From: the human T2T-CHM13v2.0 reference genome, Homo sapiens
NCBI RefSeq assembly: GCF_009914755.1
Contig: NC_060926.1
Direction: 5' to 3' (one strand)
DNA length: 64,000 nucleotides
Numbering within the stretch: the stretch's first letter is position 1; each line of letters opens with the position of its first letter. Below are positions 16,036 through 33,376 of the stretch, one piece after another. The notes beneath the pieces are model-generated. The model was not told the origin of the DNA. It worked only from the letters and a program-made list of their open reading frames with translations, and searched no databases. The position numbers and the translations under genes are program-made.

Positions 16036-17066
16036 TATACACTATTTTTGATGTGGTTTGTATATCTTCTTGCATGAGTGGATTCAGAAACTTCTTGACA
16101 GGGCCAAACTGCAGGATACAAGCAATGTAGACATAGCAGTAGCCTACCTAGGAATGAAAAAAATGAATAGTTTTATTAAATTTTATTCTACAACTGTCTA
16201 TCTAAGCTGATTAATTTTAAACAGTTTCTCTGATGAGAAATAAATTATATATTTATTGGAAGTGTCCTCACAACTTTGTACTTCCTAAATAATAGGAAAA
16301 ATAGTTGGACATGATAAATGCTTGTAGTATAATGGTGTAATTGGATCTGAAGTATTGCATTAAAGATAGGCCATAGCATCCTCCCATCAGCTTTGACACT
16401 TACTCTCTCAGGATCATGATTTGCTATTCTTTATAAGGATCATTTTTCTTATTATCAGTCAACATGTTTACATTGGAATAGACACACTCTTCTATTTTAG
16501 TTATAGTTAGTTGAGACATAACCTCACTTCTGAAACCTTAAATACATATTTTATAAAACCTGTATTAAATAAACCCGTTTATCTGAGGAAAGATAGCCAG
16601 AATCAAGGAAGACTTCACATAGCTGTCTGAGTCTTAAATTATGAAAGAAATTTGTCAGAATAGTTGAAAATATTTTAGATATAAAGAAGAGACTGCACAT
16701 TGATGAAAATGTAAACAGTAGCAGTCATTTTGGAAATGATTAATAATGAACAGCAGGCTCAATGTGCTGTTATAAAGGTACTATTGTGAAGTAAAGAACA
16801 GTGTGCTGTTACTTTTTCTGTTTCTATTGGATTTTTACATTTTGTTTTATTTCCGATGGTTTTGTTCATTGATGTTGGGTGGATGAATTTATGAGTGAAT
16901 CTTTGACCATATTTGCATGGCTTGAACCTGGTGACATCTAGTGCCTCCCCAAATGGTTTGCTGAAGTTTTGGAGGATTAAAAGCATTTCTTAAAGAAGTA
17001 AATATTATACTAAAGATTAAGCTTCGTTTAAACACTTTTATTTTCTGGTTTTAGAAAGACTATGGC

Positions 17067-17362
<296 letters not shown>

Positions 17363-17416
17363 GACCATGGCTTTTATCTAACTGTTCTGTGTAGCTCATT
17401 TTAACTAAATATATAA

Positions 17417-17569
<153 letters not shown>

Positions 17570-18073
17570 TGAAATGAATTTACCTTTGGATTAGCCTTTT
17601 AGTATCAGTTGATTATAATTTAATATTTCACTTTAAAAACACTTAACTAGTTATAAAACTTAAAATAATGTTGGAATCTATAGCAACTTATATCTAATCT
17701 TTACCCTTGGAATTGAGTTAAAAATTTCCTGATATTGTTTGCACTTCTATTTTTATAACTTCCTATTATAATAAAGAAGGTAACATCAAATATTGAATTA
17801 CAACTTTAAGCAATAGAAATTATGAACAATTTAACAGTGATGACCACCGTATTGGATTCAGATTAAAGGAGTAATTATTGCTAGTGGTTCAAACTTTGCA
17901 GTTTTTTTATTGCCAGTCACTAATACCAAGGTTAAGAATTTATTTTCCCTTTTGATCTCTGACTTCAGTTTCTATGTTCAGGGAGAGAATGGGTCATAAA
18001 ATCAACCCAACTGGCTATCAAGAGAATTATACCTTGCAGAATGGCACCTTTGGTATTAGCGTACAAACAATAA

Positions 18074-20191
<2,118 letters not shown>

Positions 20192-20786
20192 AATAACTGC
20201 CTAATGTATTTCAATATAGAAAATCCATAAATATTGTTAAATTGATTAAATCCACTGTCATTAGTAGACCTTAGAACTTAAGCCTATAATCTATATAAAT
20301 ATATAACACTGTCAATCATATTACATTATGTAATTTGCATTAAAATGTAAGAATTTGCTTTTCTTACTGACTGGTGTTGATTTTGGCTCCTAATAATTTA
20401 AAGTTTGCCTAATCATTAGTTAGTAATCTTTGGAAAAAGCACTCAAGTGTACACTGTACATATAGTGATAAAATCTTTTAAAGTGACAGTGCCTTTATAG
20501 TACTACAAGTCATCTCCTAATTCATTTTTGGGAAATTTAACACATAATGAATTAGTCAAGTTTAGTCCAAACAAACAGTGACAAATCAAAGTTTCATGGT
20601 TTATGTTTTTCACTTATTTTAGGCTAATGCAAATTATTTTTCACTTCTTAGTTACAATCCAGTGATTTGGGAGTAGGTAAACATAGATTAAGAAGTTTAA
20701 TATTAAACTTTAATTATTTTTTAATTTTTCTCTTTTGACACTTGATTATTTAAAGATAGTTATTTTTAAAACATGTACTCTGACAG

Positions 20787-21861
20787 AAAAGACATCTGAG
20801 AAACAAAACTAGCAAATTTATCTTCCACTTTTGCATGTGCAAAAATTGTCTCAACAACTAGTAGTGAAAAAGTGTTGTGATAGAAAGGACCTCTTTATAT
20901 ATGCAGGACTTACTTGTGCACAAAAGTATGAGAGAATGTGGATCAAACAAGACAAATTAGGGTAAAAAGAAACTTTAAAATTCATCACAAATAAGTTAAA
21001 GCAGAGTTTCGGTGAAATTTGTGAAAATTACAAAACTGCTTGTATTGAGGAAGAGCAACTACATAATAGCTCTACAGGAAGAACAAACTTAAGTAAATAC
21101 CCTCTAATTTGACAAATGATTCACCTGATTGTCAGGAAAGTGATGCATCTGGCATGTCTGTCTCTGTAGTAGTCCAGATATTTCCTGAACAAAATAACCC
21201 AGTCTCAGAAATGCCTTTCTATCTCATTCATACTCTGGGTCCCCAGAATATGCTTGCCAGTCACCTTCTGAGCTTTATTTAAGTAGAAATAAAGTAGACC
21301 GTGAAAATGACAACAAACCAGATACTGAACATGTTTTTAACCCAGACAAGGAAAATTTTTGTAATGATACAGAAAGTATGAAAGCAAGAAACCCAGAAGT
21401 AGTTATGGTTGAAATAAAAGAAGACCAATAGGTTGTTAGGCAAATGACAAAAAACCAAAACACCACGAATTGGAAATTAAACATAGGACATATGCCTCAA
21501 TTTAGTGATTCAAAAAACCTTTTAGATATGTGGCTTAACTGCTCCAAAGAAATGAAGCATGTAATTAAAAAAAAAAAAGATTATGGTGTTTCTGTTGTTA
21601 CAAACACAACAGTACAAAACCAATACAGAATGTGTTCCAGAAGCTGTTATATGACAACTGTAGTGCAAATAAGTATGAAAGCATAAAACATGAATTAGAA
21701 AATGTGCATTATTCTCCACCACTTGGTGACAGAACATCAGCAGTATGTCTAGAAGTGGAATTAAGTGATATATGCAAAGATTTAAGAATGAGGTAAGCAT
21801 ATTACAAGTAAAGTAGAGTTCCTGGCTTTGGAGAAAGTTCAACTTCAAAAAGACTTAGACG
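20787..21861 (+). pseudogene. Degenerate large CCDC144/ANKRD26-like exon relic
   Basis: ctctgacag acceptor; interrupted frames give [12 protein letters not shown]...[16 protein letters not shown] and DMQRFKNEV...FLALEKVQLQK, resembling CCDC144-family sequence as recalled; several stops and frameshifts; 3' edge approximate. Confidence 0.6.
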
Positions 21862-22287
21862 GTCACTTGCTGCTACTCTGTTTTTTCTCTTCACCCATTA
21901 TTTGATCCATTTGAATTTTTTACTTATGAAAATCTCTTGTGTAAAATGGGGTTATCTAAATACATAATTGTACGTGTAAATAGATTGTTTTTGCAATTAA
22001 AATAATTCAAGCTCAGGAAGACATTCTCTTAATCTTTGTTCCTCAATTAACCCAAGTCTCTCTGTCAGTTTTCTAAATGGCATAGGAACTGGGAAACTAA
22101 TTTATCCATAGACCATGTGGTCTTCTGAACTAGAGTCAACATAAAGGAAATTGCTTAAAAAAGAAGTACAGAACAAGTACCTGTGTTTGTGCTTGTATAA
22201 ACAGATGGGTAATTCCCACTTCTGTACATTTAGTGTATGTTATAAATATTTTGGGGACATTTTGAAACAGTGTTATATATTTTGTAG

Positions 22288-22443
<156 letters not shown>

Positions 22444-22969
22444 TAAATATAAGGCTTTTTAAAAATCCTATAGCAATGTATGCACACATTGCTTAGCACT
22501 GTACCATAGAGTACTGATATGTTACAAGAATGTTCATCTCAGAAATATGCCTTATGTTAAAATAGAATGAAAACAGCTGTATCTTGTACCTTCTCAGCCA
22601 AAGAGCTATGATCATTTCACTGTACTTTTCTCAGTGTGAATGGCACGCCCAATGTGTTTGTTTACTCTGCTTCTCTTCTATGCCATTACCCATTTATCCA
22701 TGGTCAGGTTACCATTTCCTCCCACCTGAAATACTGTGATAACCTTCTAACTGTCTTTCCTACTATTCCACCTTCCAAAACCACGGCCTGTTCTGCAATC
22801 GTAATTATATAGTTGTAAACAATCACACCTGATCATGTTACCTGCTTGCTGAAAACCCAGCTGCCATTTATTGCTATAAGGTATGGATCTCAGTCCTCGA
22901 GCTTTATATTGCATCATTGCATACCCTTCTCTGTGCCACAGCCAGTGCCTTAGGTGTTTGCTCCTACAA

Positions 22970-25900
22970 TCAGTAGCTTTAGTGTGTATAATTGATATGC
23001 GATAAAGTGCACACATGTAAAAGGTACCATTTGATAAGTTTTAACAGATGTATACACATGTGAAACTATTACCACCATCGAGATAGTCAACATGTATCCA
23101 TCACCCACTAACGTCTCCTCATGGCCCTTTATGTTCCTGTTTTTAAAAGCTGCTAAATGGTTTTCCAAAATATTTGTACTATTTTCTATTCTCATCAGTA
23201 GTAAATGACCATTCCAGTTGCTATGTTGTCACACTACTGCTGTATTTATTTTTTTAAATTTTAGTCACTCTGATGGGTGTATTATGTATATTATTATGGG
23301 TTTAATGTACACGATCCTAATGACTAAAATGTTGAGCATCTTTCCATGTGTTTATTTGCCATCTGTACATCTTCTTTGTTGAACTGTCTTTTCAAATCTT
23401 TTGCCATTTAAAAAAGTAGGTTGATGTTTTCTTACTTGTTGAGTTTTAATAATTCTGTATGTATTTGGATACTATTACTTTTTAGCTACTTTTTTACAAG
23501 GGCATTTTCTCCAGTTTTTGGGTTGACTTTTCACTTGCTTTGTAGTATCTTTTGAAGAGCAGAAGATTTTAATCGTAATGAAGTCCAATTTAATTGTTGA
23601 ATTACAGATTATGCATTTTGTGTCATATGTAAAAAATGTTTGCTTAGCACAAGGTCACAAAGATTTTTCCTATGTTTGTTCTAGAAATTTTACAGATTTG
23701 GATCTTACATTTAAATCTGTGCTCCATTTTGAGTTTCCTTTTGTATATGGAGTGAGGTGAGGTATGGATTCATGTTCACTTTTTGGATATGGACAGCCAA
23801 TTGTTCCAGCACCACATGTTGAAAAGGCTGTCCTTTCTCCACTGCATTGCCATCCTGCCTTTGTCAGTCATAGGCTGGTTGCATATGTGTTATCTATTTC
23901 TGGACTGTCTATTGAATTTTATTAATTTGCAGATGCTCCCCAAATTGTGGGAAAGCCAGTGTTTGAGTCAAAAGCAATTTAATACTTCAGTAAACCCACT
24001 GTAAAGTCAATAAGTCAAACCACCTTAAGTTGGGGATTGTCTGTATTTGACTTTCTTTATACAGGTTGAGCATTGCTAATTTAAATATCCCAAATCTGAA
24101 ATGCTCTAAAACCCCAAACTTTTTGATTGCCAACATAGACACCACAGTGTAAAAATTCTATATCCGACCTCGTGTATACAAACATTGTTTCATGCCCCAA
24201 ATTATTAAAAGTATTGTTTAAAATTACCTTCAGTCTTTGTGTATAAGGTAAATATGAAAAATAAATGTATTTTGTGTTTAGACTTGGGTCCTATCCCCAA
24301 GATATCTCATCATGTATATGCAAATATTCCAAAATCCAAAATCTGAAAAACTTCTAGTCTGAAGCATTTTGAATAAGGGATACTCAGCCTGTACCTATGG
24401 CACACTGTTTTGGTAACTATTGAATTATAGTAATTCTTGAAATGAATCCTCCAACTTTGTTCTTTGTTCTGTTTTGACTATGCTAGATCCTTTGCATTTT
24501 CACATGAACTTTAGAATCAGCTTATCAATAAAATAAAGACTGCTTGCTTGTTAGAAATTAAGTTGGGATTGTGTCATATTTATAGATTAATTTGGGGAGA
24601 ATTGACATCTTAACAATAGTAAATCTACTCCTCAATAAAATATATGTCTGCTTTTGTAGAGGTAATATTTAATTTTCTCAGTAGTATTTTGTAGTTTTTC
24701 GTTTATAGGTCTTTTCATATTTTATCAGATTTATCTGTATTTCATTTTTGATGAAGTTGTAAATGATAGTTTAGTTACTGTAGATGAATTTGACTTTCTT
24801 TATACAGGTTGAGCATTGCTAATCCAAATACACATGTTTATAAAACTATAGAAAATGATAGTTTTAAAATTTTCATTTGATTGTTTATTGCTAGCCTATA
24901 GAAATACAGTTAATTTTTCTATATTGAATTTGGATCCTTCAATCTTGTTAAACTCACTTGTTAGTTCTGGCACATTGTTGGTAGATTTGATCAGATTTTC
25001 TTCATAGACCAAAGGTTGTTAAACCTTTCTTTCTCAAACTACCCTCTTACTAAGGATAGTGAATATTTTAGACTTGTGGCAAAAGGGTCTCTTTTGCAGC
25101 TGATAAACTCTGCCATTTTAGGATGAGAGCAGCCATAGATCATCCATAAATTAATGAACACAGCTGTGTTCCAATAAAAGCTTATCAGACAAGAAGCTGG
25201 CCCACAGGTTGGGGTTTACCCATACCTATTGTATGGTCATGGTTGTGTATAAAGACAATTTTATTTCTTTTTTTAAACTTGGATGCCTCTTATTTCTTTT
25301 TCTTGCCTGACTGCATTAACTAGAATCTTCAGAACAATGCTACAAACAAGTAGTGAAAGCAGACATTCCCATGTTCTTCCTCATCTTATGGGAAATGCAT
25401 TCAGTTTTTCACTATGATGCACGTTAGCTGTAGATTCATCATAGACATTGTTTATCATGCTGAAGAACTTCCCTTGGATTCTTATGTTGCTGAGAGTATT
25501 TCTTCTTTGAAACATCAGGAGTAAATTTTATCAGGTGCCTGTATCTGTTGGGATGATCCTATGGGTCTTCTCTTTTAGTTCGTTTTATGGTAAATAATGA
25601 TGATGTTTCAATGTTAAGCCAACCTTCCATTTCTGGAATAAACCCCATTTGTTTATGATGTATTACCTTTTTATTATACCATTGGATACAATTTACTAAA
25701 GTCTCATTTAGAATTTATTATAAAGACTTTTATTTTTTAGACCAGTTTTATGTTCCTGTCAAAATTGAGAGGGAGGTTCAGATATTTTTTTGTATACCCC
25801 CAACCCAATACATGTTTAGCCTCCTTCATTACCAGTGTCCTTCACCATAGTGGTAGTTGCTATGATAGATGAGCCTAAATTGACACATCACAATCACCCA

Positions 25901-26050
25901 AAGCCCATAATTTGCATTGGGGTTCACTCTTGGTACTGTACATGTATGGATTTGGACAAATGTACAATGATGTGTATCCATGTTATATAAATTATTTTGA
26001 CTTCCCTAAAAATCCTCTGTGCTCTGCCTATGTATCTTTTCCTGCTGTCT
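22970..26050 (-). mobile_element. Cluster of old L1M fragments with nested DNA transposons
   Basis: Degenerate antisense L1 ORF2/3' UTR motifs (gttccagcaccacatgttgaaaagg, aatttggggagaattgacatc); boundaries approximate. Confidence 0.65.
24062..24391 (+). mobile_element. Tigger4a-like (Tc1/mariner) MITE
   Basis: TA|CAGGTTGAGCAT...ATACTCAGCCTG|TA terminal inverted repeats with TA duplication. Confidence 0.8.
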
Positions 26051-26055
26051 CTTAA

Positions 26056-26352
<297 letters not shown>

Positions 26353-27717
26353 TAAAATTTAAAGTAATATTTGGTTACAGCTGAATGTTGGATCTAGTTG
26401 AATATAAAAAAGATACATATGATAAATATATCTGCTATATCAGCTTAGAAACATTCCTTTTTTCCAGCAAGTCAAAGTTAGAACTGAGAGATGCTTTCCT
26501 CTGATTAAAGTCAATGTGTCACTTATAAAATTTTAAGTTATAAAATGTTAATATAGACTAATATTAATAATGTAGTCTTATACTGCTGAAATAATAATTT
26601 TAATGTATTTATGTTGCAACATTTTAAGACCATGATAAATCAGATATATGGAAATGCTCATACCTAAAATGGTATTTTGAAATTGATTCAATTAAATGGG
26701 GTACTTTGACAGTTAATTTCAGATTTCCTAGATGAACTGAAGTGTATTCCCTATTTCATAATTACTTTTCTTCAGTAGCTTGAAATATGTCTTTGTTGGT
26801 AAAATTTTGTTTTTCTTCATGTCAATTTGACTTAAATCTGAAACTATTTCAATCTCAAATTATGTAGAGATATGATCATTCTATTCTTTAAAGGCGTCTA
26901 ATTTTACTTATATTATAATATGGGGAAAATGCAGTAAATTTTAGCCAAATCATGTTTGATTTTATCTTCCCACTGGCATTTATAATTTACTTTCAGTTTT
27001 TAAACAAAGAATTTGCTCATAATTTTTATTTCAAGGCTCAATTACTATCATTTGGATATAACTTTGTCCAGGACAAAGAGAGGCATAGCTATCTGTGATT
27101 TATTAGTTTGACACTGGATCCCCGTTTTCAGACTAAGGAGGATTTCAGACTAATGAGGAGTGGCAGGATTCACGCAGAGTAGGAATGGAGTGAGTCAGGG
27201 AGGAGAGATACAGCAGCTGAGTCAGGGCAGGAGGTGGAGGGCAGGTTACTTAGAGCATCTAAGGCCACTGGAGTTTTACTTTTCTTCTGAGATAGACATC
27301 TATTGGAAGGATTTAAGCAGATGATTTAATGTGAGGAACTCTGAGGTTGATTTGAGTTTGTAATAAAAAAAAGAGGGAAATCATTCCACAATGTAGAATT
27401 TACCACCATCAGTCTCACCCACATACTCATTTCTTTTTGAGACTTCAGAAGGTTTTTAAGCATTGCAGATTCATCAGGGGAGGAATGACTAGTGGGCTGA
27501 ATATGCTATGTGAATAACAATACCAGTTTGGCAGGAAGATAACACCTTCTGTATCCTTAACTGGATTCAGTAATGAACAGGGACGTGTACACATGAGGAA
27601 AAGAAGGTGAATCGGTCTGTGTGGTGGTATTTTTCAAAGTGTATGCTTTAGAGTTAAATATTATTAATGGTTTAATAATAAGGTGATTTGTAAAATCAGT
27701 AACAAAAATAACATCAG

Positions 27718-27909
<192 letters not shown>

Positions 27910-27946
27910 TAGCTGGTTAACTAATATAAAGTGTTTTGGGGTACTA

Positions 27947-28063
27947 ATTTTAGTGGATGGCTTTCTTTTGTATTTTTATTATAATTAATTTTATTAAAAT
28001 TTTATAGTGGATGGCTTTCTTTTGTATTTTCCTTATTATTAATTTTATTACAATTTTATTATA
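27947..28063. repeat. ~55-bp tandem duplication
   Basis: tagtggatggctttcttttgtatttt...aattttatta occurs twice. Confidence 0.85.
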
Positions 28064-29055
28064 ATGCCACCTATACCTTAATCTCTGGCTTTCATTCTGC
28101 CGTTTTTTATACATATGTTTTTTTCTTAAATATTTAACCTTAGGAAAGTTGAGAATTATGCATCATTTCTCACATAAGTTGAGAGAGTTTTTTTTCCTGT
28201 TAAACAGTCTATTTTTAATGATTTCTCTATTGGCATGGTGAGGCAAGCCAGATTAATTCAGAGGATAATGTCTAATGGAATGTTTCAGAAAATTATCTTA
28301 TTTTTAGTCTCTACTTTTCTGAATGTATAAAGAACGTGTGTATACTTATTTCATAGATTTCAGGTTAACTTGTTCAGAAAGGCCATTTTACTGAATAAAT
28401 TTTTATTTCGATGAAAATCCTTACTCTCTTTGTATTGGGCTCAGAGAGCACACTCTGTCTCTATATGAATATGGACAGTTAGCATTTGCCAACATGTATC
28501 TATTTTCTCTTATTTATAGAAAAAGCTAAACTAAAATGGGGGTTATAGAAGGTCAGCAAAGGATGGGTTTGAGATGTTTGGGTTGGTTGAGTGGGCATTT
28601 AGACAACAAGCCTTCTCCTTTGGCGTGTTTAATGGACATCTTTGCAGTTTAAGATGATGCTTTTAAATTACTTCTCTCCTAATGATGACTTGAGTCCTGC
28701 TATTCAATGGGAGAGTCAATAAGATCCTGTAGGATCTTATTTGGAACTGACTTTGTCGATTTTAATTTTGTTCCTGCTTGTTTTTAAATTTTCTTGTTGT
28801 TTCCCTAGAAAGGAAAGATGACGCTTGGTTTTAAATATTTAAAAATGTGCAAGTTGCTTTGCTATAATAAAACTAAATGCATACATACAAAAAATAACAT
28901 TATAGTTGATGTGGTAGTGTTTGGAATTCAAAATATAAATGCTTAGCATGAGGTAATCCTTTATCTTTCCACATTTTACCAGTTTGTAAGTTTGAGTATG
29001 TAACTGATAAAATGTAATTCAAAAGCAAGAAGAATGTTGTGTTTTAGTCCTAGAG

Positions 29056-29235
29056 CAGGGGTCAGTGAACTTTCTGTAAAGGGCCAGATAGTATTATTTA
29101 AGGCTTTGTGAACCATAAGATCCTTGTTGCAATAACTCAGCCCTGTAGTTATAGCACAAAAGTAGCCATTAACGATATGCAGATTGAAGGGGTGTAGCAG
29201 TGTCCCACTAAAATTAATTACAAAAAACAGGTAAT
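29056..29235 (+). mobile_element. MER58-like hAT fragment
   Basis: caggggtcagtgaactttctgtaaagggccagatagt start; an inverted relative lies near 25010-25230. Confidence 0.6.
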
Positions 29236-29384
29236 GGGATGATTTCTCCTACATTATGACCTTTTTTAAATAAAAAAGATTGTGATAGTCTAAAATATTT
29301 TATATATATTTTGTTGATTCATTCATCTACTGATGGACATTTAGGTCATTTCTAAATGTAATTTTTTTTAATTCTTTGTTTTAG

Positions 29385-29455
29385 CTTCAAGAAACACAGG
29401 ATCAACTTACAGCTACTATAAGATGTACTAAGGGGATGGAAGGCGACGCACAAAA
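29385..29455 (+). pseudogene. ANKRD36BP2: 71-nt exon
   Basis: ttttag|CTTCAAGAA...CAAAA|gtaaa; LQETQDQLTATIRCTKGMEGDAQK. Confidence 0.85.
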
Positions 29456-29777
29456 GTAAAATTTGAAGCAGCGCACAAAATAACTTGAGTATTTATAAAG
29501 CAAAAGAGCACTGTAGTATGAAAATTGTATCAGTTATGATAATAAGTATGTCTTTGTGAAGCCAAAAAAGTTTCATTTGTAAGCTGTATTGAAATACATC
29601 ATTTTTCTACATTATTCCTAAATTTTGCATATTATCGACAAAACACAGTTAGAAAAATGACACAGTAGCCCAATCATCTACTTTTGTGATCGCTAAGAAT
29701 TTGTGTAATTATACCTTCAGAAGTTTGTTTAGAATTTACATGATAAAAAAAATTATGTGTGAGAGTAATTATTTTAA

Positions 29778-29891
<114 letters not shown>

Positions 29892-29944
29892 TGATCTCTT
29901 AATTTCTGTCATACTGAAAAGGAATTTTATTTTTCCAGTAGGAT

Positions 29945-30295
29945 GGGTTAAATATCCCTTGTCCAAAATGCTTGGGACCAAAAGTAGATTTTTTTCAGAT
30001 TTTGGAATATTTGTATATACCTAATGAAATATCTTGGGGAAGGTACCTGAGTCTAAACATGAAATTCATTTATGTTTCATATATACCTTATGCACATAGC
30101 CTGAAGGTAATTCTCTACAATGTTTTACAGTAATTTTTTGCAGGTAACAAAGTTTTTACTATTTTCACCAGAGCCTGTCACATGAGGTCAGGTGTGGAAC
30201 GTTGCAGCTGTGGTGTCATGTCCGTGCTCAAAAAGTTTCAGATTGTAGAGCATTTTGGATTTCAGATTTTTAGATTAGGGATGATCAATCTACAA
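29945..30295 (-). mobile_element. Tigger4-like element
   Basis: atatcccttgtccaaaatgcttgggacc...gagcattttggatttcagatttttagattaggga; reverse complement resembles the 24062 element. Confidence 0.7.
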
Positions 30296-30383
30296 TACAG
30301 ATGCTCCTTGACTTACAGTGGGTTTACATGATAATGTCTCTTGTTTGACTGAAACATTATAAGTAATATTTGCTTTATTTCAG

Positions 30384-31601
30384 ATGCCACAGGTGTTCAA
30401 GAGCTAGATGAAGGTATGTTGCCAAAATTTATGAATTAAATTCAAATCATTGATTTCTGAAATAAACTCTAAGTAGTGAACGGTATTCCTCTCAATTGTT
30501 TGGTTAATAAATGCTACATTAAATATTTTTTCTTACACACATCTAGTGAAAGATGTGAAAACATAAACATTCATAGTGAAGAGTATACTTATGCTTTGTT
30601 AATTCTTCATGTTCCATAGCTTTAAAAAAATTGCAAGAAGTCTGTGTATCCCTTTTTTTCTGGCCCTACACTTTTCTTCTGCCACCCCTATAGAACTGTC
30701 AGCCTGCACACTGAAACTGTTCTCAGAAAACAAAGGCATCATCAACTTCTCAAGGTTAAGGTAGTGATTTAAGGCTAACAGACCCCACACTCATGTGATA
30801 ATAATTAGTTAAGCAATTACAGGTCACAAGCAGTCACTTGTCCAGTGACATTTTAAATCTCTAGTCATGACTTTGTCATTGGTTTACTTTTGCCCCTGGG
30901 AAAAGTTGAAAATTCCTTAGCATGGAATCAAAACTCTCACATCAGTGTGGTTCTTGTCAGGTTATTCAGCCTTCTCTTTCGCCACTTACCATACTCTGCA
31001 CCTTTGTTCTATCATCCAGCCAAACTAGACTACATGGAGCTCCACAGTGATCGTCTTCACCTCCAGCTCTTTGCATTTACTTCTTCCCTCTATCCTACAT
31101 GTGTTTTCCTTCCCTTTCAGATATCAACCTATGAATTGCCTCTACCAAAAAGCCTACAATATTGACACAAACCTGGGCTAGTATCCCTTCTATGTCTTCT
31201 AATAAGTGCTGTCTTATGCCTGTCACTGTATGTATGACTCTGTATGGGAATTGCCTGTTTGTTTTTTCAGATTATAGCAAACAGTTGTTGAGGGGTGGAC
31301 CATATCATCTTTATCTTGTAATTCCAGTGCTTGTCCTAGTACCTTAGCACATGGTTGCTGAATACATGAATGAAGAGTGAGAAACCAGAAGCTCTGATAT
31401 TTAACTGCCGTGATAATGAATTCAATGTGCAACTATGGGCAAATTGTATTTAATAGTAATTGCATATTGTACATATTTTTCATTCTTATTAACACTGATA
31501 AACTTTTCAACTTATACTGACTTTAATAAAATTGTATTACTAGGCTATTAACATGATATTTTGTTTCCCATTAAATGTGACATGCAAAGACGTTTATTAA
31601 A
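30384..31601 (+). pseudogene. ANKRD36BP2: Terminal exon (MPQVFKS*, stop 30405-30407) plus 3' UTR with poly(A) signals
   Basis: tttcag|ATGCCACAGGTGTTCAAGAGCTAG; AATAAA 31525-31530, ATTAAA 31570-31575 and 31596-31601; true 3' end uncertain. Confidence 0.7.
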
Positions 31602-31658
31602 TGAAAATATTTTTGTATCTTTTATGTCTGATGAAAATTTATATTGTGTTTTAAATGA

Positions 31659-31976
<318 letters not shown>

Positions 31977-33330
31977 TGAAAATCTTATTACCTAAATAAC
32001 TTCCCACTCCACTCACACCCACAATCTTTCTACAATCCACATTCTCTCCTGAGACAAGAGCTTGGGAAGTTCCGTCTTCTCTGCAGGCCTGAGGGAGGAC
32101 CAGGCTTTGGAGGGAAGGCCCTGGTGGGCCTTTGGAGGAAGTGGAAGGTGGGAAAGCGCACTTCTACCAGGCTGCAGTGCATTTGGCTGCATGTATCGTG
32201 AGCTGAGCATAGTGGGGAATGGATTTTGTCATCTTGGACTTCTTATGAAGTTCAAGCAAAGAGGTGGCTGGTGTTGGTCGAACAGCTGTTGGCATCTGGG
32301 CTTCTATTTTTGCCATCTCTTTGGCCATGAAGTCCTTGTCCAAGGCAGGAAGAGGAGGTGGCAGTGTAGTGGATGTGGTGGCACCCTGCCCAGGTTACCT
32401 GTTCAAGCCAAGGCATTCCCTACAGCTGCTGGGGAGAGCAGCTGCTACAGATGCCTTCACCCCTGCCTGGGAACTACCGGCTGACATGAGAGACGAAGGC
32501 TCTGCCCACTTGACTCAAGGCAGGGCAGCTGCAGGGCCAACCAGCTCCAGAGCTCCCTGCAGTGTCAGCCACAGCCTCAGTTGCAACCTCATTGTCAGCC
32601 AGCTTTTCCCACTGCCCCATCCTGCCTCCCTCATCTGTCCCAGGTGCATCTCCTGAAAGCCTCCAGAGTAAACCTCCTGCATGCACAGGGCTCTCTGTCT
32701 CAGAGTCTGTCCCCGGAAAGTCAGTCTAAGACAGCCAGCTGTATCTGACAACCATATCAGGAAAGCAACCCTAGCCCTGGAGCAGACCTTGGCTTTCTCT
32801 CAGTGGCCAGAATTGAGCCCTGGCTGCCAGGGAGCCCAAGCATAGTACAATCTCAGGTGTGTGCTAGCAACGGAGAAGGCAGGAATGGGTGTCCAGGGCA
32901 CTGACTGTCACAGAAGTTTCAGACACTTAAAACCACACATTTAATTTATCAAATCACCTGAGAAGACAGAATGCCCCGGGACAGTTAATGTTCCTGGGAT
33001 GATGTTTTGCATGTTCTGATAAACTGGGTCTCTCCTTTGAAAATGTCTTATGGCTAAAGGCTGAGATGAGGAAGAAAAGGTGGAGAAATACAGAGGTTGG
33101 CATTTAAGAAGCCTTGATCTAAGTGTTGATTGCAATGTGTTCTGGATGTGAAATCTAGGCTTTTCCTCATCTGTCAGATGAGGACGTGATGCCTCTGAGG
33201 AGTGGCTGTGACCCAACAAGGGAGGCAGCATTGTCATTGTGCTAAGCAGGGCTCAGGATGGCCAGGCAGGAATGAGGCTGGGAAGAGAGGACTGGGGAGC
33301 AGGGTGGAGTTCCTCGGGGCCTGTGGCAGG

Positions 33331-33376
33331 CAAGGCAGGGCAGGGAGGAGACAAGGCAGGGCAGGGAGGAGACAAG
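33331..33376. repeat. 21-bp tandem duplication
   Basis: caaggcagggcagggaggaga x2, then caag. Confidence 0.9.
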
